A stretch of 23,543 nucleotides of DNA, from contig JBOEGF010000062.1 of NCBI GenBank assembly GCA_050633305.1, positions 1 through 23,543 on the forward strand, written 5' to 3'. The DNA is from Nannocystales bacterium. Lineage in GTDB: Bacteria > Myxococcota_A > Polyangia > Nannocystales > Nannocystaceae. The position numbers were made by a program, and so were the translations under genes. Positions 17,331 to 23,543 of this stretch are shown one piece after another (the stretch's first letter is position 1; each line of letters starts with the position of its first letter). Below the pieces are notes generated by a model. The model worked only from the letters and a program-made list of their open reading frames with translations. It searched no databases and was not told the DNA's origin.

Positions 17331-18046
17331 AGACTGAGGATTCTCCACACAATGGCCGAGGTCTCACCGCGGAGGCTGATCGCTTCGAACACATCTCCCG
17401 TAGCCTGCTCGCCGCATCGACTTTTCTCGACGGCGCGCAGGCGGCCCTGACTCGGACCGTGTACAGGGCGCTCGTGCAGGGGGCTCCTGTCTCGATCGAT
17501 ACTGTCGCCGCAACGGCAGGGTTCTCCGCAGACAGGGCCGAGGAACTCTTGGCGCAGGGACCAGGGTTGACCCGCGATGACCGCGGAGCCATCGTGGGCT
17601 ACGGCGGCCTCACGTTGAGGGAAACGAAGCATCAGTTTCGAATCGATGGGAAGCGGCTCTACACCTGGTGTGCTCTGGACGCGTTGTTCTTGCCCGTCGT
17701 GATTGGGCGAGGGGCCGACGTAGTTTCCATCTCCCCGACGACTGGTGAAACGGTCCGGGTCCGCGTTGAGGCCGATGGAACATCAACTTCGGCCCTTGAA
17801 GGGGTCATGGTGTCCTTCGTGACCCCGCAGACCCCATTGGCCGCGGATGTCCGCGCGAGGTTCTGCTGCTTTGTCCACTTCTTCGAGTCCCGGGACGTCG
17901 CCGAGCAGTGGGCGACGACCCAGTCGGACATCGAGATCTTGTCGCTGAGTCGGGCGTCCGAACTCGGGCGGCGCTTGACGTACCGGATGTTCGGAGCCGC
18001 GCCGGAGCCCGTTGCGGACGCGGTCACCCCGTTTACAATCCGGTGA
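17327..18046 (+). CDS. merB: Organomercurial lyase
   Basis: GLTLRETKH, LYTWCALD, FCCFVHFF; GTG start overlaps the upstream stop (GTGA). Confidence 0.9.
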   Translation: MKTEDSPHNGRGLTAEADRFEHISRSLLAASTFLDGAQAALTRTVYRALVQGAPVSIDTVAATAGFSADRAEELLAQGPGLTRDDRGAIVGYGGLTLRETKHQFRIDGKRLYTWCALDALFLPVVIGRGADVVSISPTTGETVRVRVEADGTSTSALEGVMVSFVTPQTPLAADVRARFCCFVHFFESRDVAEQWATTQSDIEILSLSRASELGRRLTYRMFGAAPEPVADAVTPFTIR

Positions 18047-18073
18047 CCGGGCCCGATTTCGTTTGGATCCGCG

Positions 18074-18946
18074 TCAGTCAGACGCGACGGACCTGATCGC
18101 CGCCTCGAGCTTCACTTCATCACCCGCTTCGTAGTTGCGGTGGCTGAAGACGACGGCGCCGGTGCTGTCGAGGACGAACGTGAGGGGGATGCTGGCTCCC
18201 TTCGCGTGTTGTGCGAGGACCTCGCCATCAGGATCGAGCGCGATGCCGTAGGTGACACCGCGGTCTTTCGCGACCTTCCGCAATGCAGGGTGGTCCTCCG
18301 ACGCGTCGATGCTCACGCTGATGAACTCGACCCCCTTGGGGCCATAGGTCTCGTGCAGCTTCACCAAATGAGGCGCCTCCTCCAAGCACGGGGCGCACCA
18401 ACTCGCCCAGAAGACGACGACCGCGGCTCGCTTGCCGAGGACCTGACCGAAGTCGTAGGTCTCGCCCGACAGGAGCGGGAGGACAAACGGCTTCCCGCGT
18501 GTTGCAAGCTCAGTGGCTTTGGTTGGCTCAAAGTCCCACTGGATCTTGTAGTCCTCACCCCGGGTCTTCCCGTGGGCCAGGATCGCGGCCTCGAGTTCCG
18601 GCCGTGCGACCTGGGCGCCGCCGTTCAGATGAGCGTTGAACACCCCGGTGTCGGGGTCGAAGTCGACCTTGTTGATTGCTTGCAGCCCTTCCAGGGCTCG
18701 CTTGACCCCGTTGGGTCAACCCATTCACAACGCGCCGTTGATCCGCCTCATCCCGTCGATCGTGAACTGAAAGTCCTCCTCGTAGACCTTCTGCGCCCCA
18801 GCATCACCGGCTGGCTCAGCTCTCGCGACGACGTCGCCGGCCTCCCGCGGAGAGGAGCTGTCTGCCGGCGCGGGGGCCGAGCCAGAGCGACAAGCGCTCA
18901 GGCTCGCGGCGAGGAAGAGGACCGTTCGCAGTGGGCGGATTGCCAT
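18074..18946 (-). CDS. Putative double-selenocysteine lipoprotein: HMA-like domain (UMGU) fused to a TlpA/thioredoxin domain (WCAPC), 290 aa
   Basis: One frame from ATG 18946, lipobox LSAC; in-frame TGA at 18727-18725 and 18718-18716 in FTIDGMRRINGAL-U-MG-U-PNGVKRALEGLQAINKVDFD; continues into FWASWCAPC and SIPLTF. Confidence 0.8.
18682..18719 (-). promoter_or_regulatory. Two hairpins after the UGA codons, candidate bacterial SECIS
   Basis: mRNA UUGACCC-AACG-GGGUCAA (18719-18702) and AGCCCU-GGA-AGGGCU (18698-18684); the GGA loop is 23 nt after the second UGA and 32 nt after the first. Confidence 0.55.
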
Positions 18947-18953
18947 GTCATCG

Positions 18954-18984
18954 AGTATCGCACCGTACCGTAGTACGGAATCAA
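18954..18984 (-). promoter_or_regulatory. MerR-type promoter/operator for the UxxU gene
   Basis: TTGATT-CCGTACTACGGTACGGTGC(19)-GATACT, perfect CCGTAC-N4-GTACGG dyad. Confidence 0.88.
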
Positions 18985-19199
18985 CGCGCTTGTTGAACGT
19001 GACGCCTGCAGGCCAGACTCTCGCCATGCCGTGCCGACTCGGACTCGCCATCTGCCTCGGCTGCAGCTCGGGCTGCGGTGAGGTGGGTGAACCACCGGAG
19101 GTCGACTCGAGCGACGGCCCCTCTGGCAGGGGGTCAACCGGACCCAGTGCCACCGACGGCGGGTCCACCTTGGGTCGCGTTCTTCTCCGACGCGGTCGA

Positions 19200-19515
19200 C
19201 ACCGTAGACACGTCTCCGCGGGCAAACCGTGGCGCACGTAGCTCGACTGCACCTCGCGGCCGATGAACGTGCAGAAGACCGGCTCGTCAGGATCGAGGTC
19301 AAGACCGACCCGAAACTTGAGCCACGGCCCCAATGCCTCGAACGACTCGGGCTCGATCCCCGCCAGCCGCGGCTTGCCCGCCCTTCCCTCGCCGCACCCA
19401 GACGCCGCCCTCCTCGGGGCGCAGCAGCTCTTCCACGCACAGGTCGAGCTCGCTAGAGAAGTCGATCGCCCGCTGCGTCATCGCGACCATAATCGCATCC
19501 CGCGATCGCGACTAA
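19200..19515 (-). pseudogene. Tyrosine recombinase/integrase relic
   Basis: RDR...LDL...VWVRRGKGG / frameshift / KPRLAGI...PWLKFR...PVFCT...SYVRH; several frameshifts; cut at a Tn3-like IR; left boundary approximate. Confidence 0.65.
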
Positions 19516-19553
19516 GGGGTGCCCGGCCGGATCGTGAATTTTAGTACGCTCAC
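19516..19553 (+). mobile_element. Tn3-family-like 38-bp terminal inverted repeat
   Basis: GGGGTGCCCGGCCGGATCGTGAATTTTAGTACGCTCAC: GGGG start, AT-rich core, ACGCT near position 33. Confidence 0.6.
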
Positions 19554-19658
19554 GATCGGGTGCTCAGGCGTCTCGAACCCGCACAAGGCGACGGTTGAGG
19601 ACGCCCTGGCCGTACCCGCCTCTTGCGCACCGGGCCCGTGCGCGCGAAGGTGAGGAGC

Positions 19659-20524
19659 ATGCGAAAGGAGATGCTGATCGCGCTGGGTGTTCTGGCGCCG
19701 CAAATCGCATCCGCATCCAACGGCGCCGGTCAACGCACGCCTCCGATCTACCCGCTTGCCGCGTGCATCGCGGAGGTGGATCGAAGCGTGGACCCGGTGT
19801 TCCACCTCGACATCGGGTTACCACGCGAAGACTTCATGGTGAGCGACGACGAGCCCGAGGACTCGCGGCGCCTGCAGTTTTTCCTCGTGTGCGAGGACAT
19901 CCCCGCCGAGCTTCAAGACCTTCCCAACTGGGTCACCGTGGCCGAAGCCGAGGACGCTCTCGCCCGCGGCAGCATCGAAGCGATACCGCCCGACGAGGAC
20001 ATCCTTGAGCGGCGTGACGACCTGCAGGGCTGCGTGTTCCCGATGAACACGTCCGCGCAACGCATCCCGATCACCTGCAATGCGACGCAGGCCGGGCTCG
20101 ACTTCGATACCAGCAACGTCCCGGTGGGCAACTACGTCGTGCGCGGATACACCTATGAGCCGCCGCTCAACCTCTGGAGCGAGCGACGCGGCGTGGTCCG
20201 GGTCTCGGACGATGTCGACGGTGCACCGGCGACGGTCGGTCTGCGCACACCATCCCTCGACGGCGTGCAGCTCCGGCCGGGATCACCGTTTCCGATTCGT
20301 GGTTGTGCAGCTGGAACCTCCGACGTCGTCTTGCAGTGGGCATCGCTCATCAACCTCGGCGGCGACGACGACGACGCCGCCTGGCAGACCTTAGCCACGG
20401 TCACCCGAGCCGGCTCCTTCGAGATCGATTTCGACCCGCCTCTGGACGCCGTCGGTCAGCCGCTGTTGATCCGCGGCGTCGCCGGTCCACAAAGCACCGT
20501 CCCGTGGATCGACCATGCGGAAGG
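19659..20524 (+). pseudogene. Secreted acidic hypothetical protein, 3' truncated by a mini-IS3 (ORF runs on to 20645)
   Basis: GAGGAG RBS, signal peptide MRKEMLIALGVLAPQIASA; composition changes abruptly at the IS end. Confidence 0.7.
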
Positions 20525-20622
20525 TGGAATTGCCCCGAAAAAGTGGACGGTTTTCAGGCGGCGATTCTCACGGCTTGATCGGGTCCCAAGTTCGGTGTCC
20601 ACCAAAACGGGGCAGGTCTACA
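20525..20622 (-). mobile_element. 98-bp mini element with IS3-family ends
   Basis: TG...CA termini; TGGAATTGCCCCGAAAAAGTGGAC versus reverse complement TGTAGACCTGCCCCGTTTTGGTGGAC; residual ...IAA* codons before one IR. Confidence 0.75.
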
Positions 20623-20770
20623 CATGCTGTTATTCTTCTCCATGACCGGCTCCTTTCGTGTGCGGCTCTGGGCTTGCCCAACCCGCGGTCTTCATGACAC
20701 CGACCATTGTCGGCTCTCTCCTCCGAGAGAGAAATCCCTCGAAGGAGAGCCGGTCGTTCCATAGGGTCTA
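20623..20770 (-). mobile_element. Left end of a putative IS (IS110-like): 127-nt structured leader plus the first 7 codons (MEKNNSM)
   Basis: AAGGAGCCGGTC-ATG at 20643; long inverted repeat 20644-20658/20740-20755; outer 34 bp recur inverted at the window end. Confidence 0.5.
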
Positions 20771-21445
20771 GCCCCGAAGGCTTGGGACGATGTCACACTT
20801 ATCTGGCTCACGGCACGCACCCTGCGTACAGATCAGTCCGTTGCCGCATTCGAGCGAACATGGGTCACCAGGGCTGGTGGCCTCCGCCTCGCAGATGCCC
20901 CGGATGCAGGCACCTTCACCGCAGGCGTGTGATCGGTGCTCACACGCCTCCCCCAGCACTGCCTGCTGGACGCACGTCCCTTCCGCGGGAAACGTTGAAC
21001 TCCCCGTCAGGCAAAACAACGATGGGCCGCAGTCGTCCAGCACAACCCCCAGCGAACAGGGCTCCCCCGCCCGTCGCTCCCCGAGAAGGATCCGACAGTC
21101 GGGCAACGAGCCCTCAAACTCGCACCCCGGTCCCTCCAATCGTTCTAGTAGGTCCTGAGCACACTCTGCATCGAACTCAATCTGCATGCGCAGAGCCTCT
21201 TGCTGGAGGGACTCGAGCCGCCAGCCGTAGTCCGCATACAACTCCGTGTCGCAGCCGCAGCGTTCAGTCAGGTCGCGGTAGATGTCGTCGTCCTGCTCGA
21301 AGAACTCGGCGATGTCTTCCGCGACCTCAGACTCCACATCACTTGCCGGTTCGCCGAGTTCGACCAGCGGTGAGCACCCCGGTAACACGGGAAGCAGGGA
21401 CAGGGACAGGGACAGGGACAGGAGAGACGTCGGGGCGCGCATCAT
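20768..21445 (-). CDS. Cys-rich lipoprotein of myxobacterial type
   Basis: Lipobox LPGC, acidic, repeated GEPC/GEAC/GDPC..C modules; the stop TAG coincides with the repeated element end, so it may be truncated; start uncertain (21442-21481). Confidence 0.75.
   Translation of the reverse strand: MMRAPTSLLSLSLSLSLLPVLPGCSPLVELGEPASDVESEVAEDIAEFFEQDDDIYRDLTERCGCDTELYADYGWRLESLQQEALRMQIEFDAECAQDLLERLEGPGCEFEGSLPDCRILLGERRAGEPCSLGVVLDDCGPSLFCLTGSSTFPAEGTCVQQAVLGEACEHRSHACGEGACIRGICEAEATSPGDPCSLECGNGLICTQGACREPDKCDIVPSLRG
21395..21423. repeat. (CAGGGA)4 plus partial hexamer repeat
   Basis: Encodes LSLSLSLSL in the signal peptide. Confidence 0.9.
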
Positions 21446-21572
21446 GGAGGCATCCGCATCACCCATGAGCCTGGGCGACACAGGATGAACCCCGCCACTC
21501 GGCGCCGCTTACACTCGGGGCGTGGGGAACATCGGAAGTCGGGTGGCCCCGAGAGGTCTCCCCCTCGGGGCT

Positions 21573-21610
21573 GGGGGTCGAAGCACATCCGAGAAAAATG
21601 TTGCGCTTAG
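21573..21610 (+). mobile_element. Tn3-family 38-bp terminal IR downstream of tnpA
   Basis: GGGGGTCGAAGCACATCCGAGAAAAATGTTGCGCTTAG. Confidence 0.75.
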
Positions 21611-21788
21611 GACTTATGCGCAAAGTAAACCCCGCTAACCTCCTGAAGTCACGTGACTGGCGACGGCCTGAAGGATGAGGGCCGGGCACGTGGGCGATCG
21701 CCGCGTCGCTTCCAGAGCGATGGACGGCCGTTCAGAGCGAGGGCTCGGACGCTCGGTAAGATTATGCGCGAAGTGGTCCCCCTCGTTG

Positions 21789-23030
21789 TCACAGCTCGAA
21801 GCGGTACATCCCCTGGGCGTTGACGTGTCCGAACCGCATCGGGGAGATGTGCCCGAGCAGCTCCAGCGGTAGCGACTCCCCGGGTTTCGACGCTGTAGAT
21901 CAGTTCGGTGAAGGAGGCGTGCTGCTTGCTGCCATCGAGGTAGAGGTCTCCGCTTCGGAGGCCGTCGCGGATTGCGACGGCAAGGCTTGTCTCCCAGAGA
22001 CTCCGGTTGACGACGCGGCCTTTCACAACGAGCCCAGCTCTCCACTTCTTCGGGACGAAGTCGAACGGAGCGTCGCGAGGGAGCCTGCCGATGCTGCCGT
22101 TGTCGAGAGCCCGAACGAGCTCGATCGCCTTGATGATGCTCTCTGACCCGGGCTCGGCGCGGAGAGGAAGCCCCATCACCCGCGGCAAGAATCTGCGAAG
22201 GGGGCCGTATGCTGCGCACAGCTCGTCGCGGAGACCGTGCCGTGCCGCCTTCTGCCCGCGCTCGGCATGCTCGACGACGCTGAGGAACTCCTGAGCCCCG
22301 CTGTCACCCCCAAGGGAGGTTTCCCATGCCGCTCCGAGCGTCACGTCAGCATCGGGATCAAGCCCGCGCTCAATGGCTGCACGCACCTTTTGTAGAACCT
22401 TCGAGGTTGCATCGTTGCTCTGCTGCCATCGCAGCATCTTGCTGTCGTGGTGCCGTCTCTTTGCCCGCTGCCACATGAGGGTGATGTAGTGGTCGGTCAT
22501 CACCACGGACTCGTCGAGGAGGCGACTGCGAGCGGTCAGCAAGTACGCCACGACCAGCGCATACCGCCTCGACGGCCTCAGTCGCCGAAGCTCCCAGGCG
22601 TTGTATCGCTTCGTCTGCTCCGCCTGCTCGGCGAGGCGTGCTGGCGTTGCCAGGGCGGGTAACGCTACGGACGACAAGTCGAGCAGCTCGACCTGTTCGA
22701 GGCGATCGAGCTGCTCCAAGATGTTCACCGCCTTGGCGCTCTTGGCCGAGCGGTGCAGCGCCGAGAGGACCGACGTCCCCTCGGTCACATCCAGCACGCG
22801 CTGGTCGATCACCTCGCGAACTTTCTCTGGAAGCGCGTCGGCGATTTCCTCCAGCAGGGATGACTCTGCCTGGGCGTGGGCGGAGGCCACGAGTTTGTCG
22901 AGCACCGTCTGACCTGCCCGCACGAGCTCGCGCCTCTGAAGCCACGCCCGCGCGCAGGCATGCAACCCGTCCCGAGAGCTTCCGCCATGAGCCAGGCGCA
23001 GGAGCTCCGCACTGAGAGCAGAGGCGTCAG
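21789..23030 (-). pseudogene. tnpA: Tn3-family transposase, internally deleted
   Basis: N-terminal part (LDKLVASA, RRYALVVAYL, LRRFLP, WETSL...LRSGDLYLDGSKQH) joined near 21883 to the C-terminal tail GHISPMRFGHVNAQGMYRFEL* in another frame; DDE region missing. Confidence 0.85.
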
Positions 23031-23138
23031 ACTCCGGCGGGCTCGAATGAGCCGCTTGATGTCCGCTCGCTGGTTGTCCAGCGTCTGCTCCTCGGTGCTG
23101 ACCCGCAGGTAGACCGCTGTTCGCTTCTTGGCCGCCAT
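23031..23138 (-). pseudogene. Serine recombinase (resolvase) N-terminal fragment
   Basis: MAAKKRTAVYLRVSTEEQTLDNQ, the catalytic Y-x-R-V-S motif; similarity lost after about 35 codons. Confidence 0.85.
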
Positions 23139-23213
23139 TGCCGTGGGCGTACAACGTGGAGGCTGCGTCGGTTGCGCTGTGAGCGGTTTTTACACGGATA
23201 TGGTTCCTACCCG

Positions 23214-23507
23214 GCCTACAGCTCCAAGGAGCTGATGCCCGGTCCGTAGAACAACGGTGACGAAGCCTTGGCCAAGTGGGTGGCGTCCAACGCGATCGCG
23301 ACCTACCACTTCGCGGGTACGTGCGCGATGTCGGAGGACACCACGGCGACGACCTACACGCGCCTGCGGCTGCGCGGGGTGTCGGGCATCCGCATCGCGG
23401 ACGCTTCGGCGATTCCGACGACTCCGGTCTCGGCCCTCAACGCGCCGAGCATGCTCGTGGGCTATCGCGCGGCAAAGTTCATCCGCGAAGAACGCCTACC
23501 GAACTAA
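23214..23507 (+). pseudogene. GMC oxidoreductase C-terminal fragment
   Basis: ELMPGP*...TYHFAGTCAM...LRGVSGIRIADASAIP...NAPSMLVG; internal TAG at 23247, no 5' part. Confidence 0.85.
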
Positions 23508-23509
23508 CT

Positions 23510-23543
23510 TAGACCCTATGGAACGACCGGCTCTCCTTCGAGG
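23510..23543 (+). repeat. Exact inverted copy of 20737-20770, start of a second element copy running out of the window
   Basis: TAGACCCTATGGAACGACCGGCTCTCCTTCGAGG, 34/34 match. Confidence 0.9.

Noticed and set aside
18074..18643. Stand-alone TlpA starting at GTG 18643
   Set aside because: No signal peptide, and the upstream in-frame sequence is HMA-like, so readthrough explains it better.
18725..19333. 202-aa minus ORF as one gene
   Set aside because: It is a chimera of the integrase relic and the lipoprotein N-terminus; the MerR promoter and lipobox place the start at 18946.
1..23543. CRISPR arrays, tRNA (including selC) or rRNA genes
   Set aside because: No repeat-spacer periodicity or recognisable RNA gene seen by eye; a tRNAscan/Infernal run would be needed to exclude them fully.

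Overview
High-GC window, probably from a myxobacterium (inferred from the secreted and Cys-rich lipoproteins). It is a heavy-metal resistance island surrounded by mobile-element debris. Left: the end of an IS66, a gene split into two inverted halves, an orphan ORF and an IS3 relic. Middle: a BlaI-like repressor and a His/Cys-loop BlaR1-like M56 protease head a czcCBA-type RND efflux operon plus a DmeF-like CDF transporter, with a repeated 15-bp operator. Next is a mercury locus: merR, a decayed second merR, a merT-merP fusion, merA and merB. Five MerR-type boxes also place three non-canonical genes in this regulon: a CopZ-NT-like Fe-S/Zn protein, a frameshifted xKCG-repeat (HvfA-like) lipoprotein, and a lipoprotein that the ORF track breaks in two. 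Read through two in-frame TGA codons, that last gene (18946..18074) encodes a 290-aa HMA-TlpA fusion whose metal-binding CxxC is replaced by UxxU, a candidate double-selenocysteine protein with SECIS-like hairpins. This is the most notable finding. Right: an integrase relic, Tn3 ends and a doubly deleted Tn3, a 98-bp mini-IS3, two inverted copies of a putative IS110-like end, and a GMC oxidoreductase fragment. All family calls come from motif recognition, not database searches.
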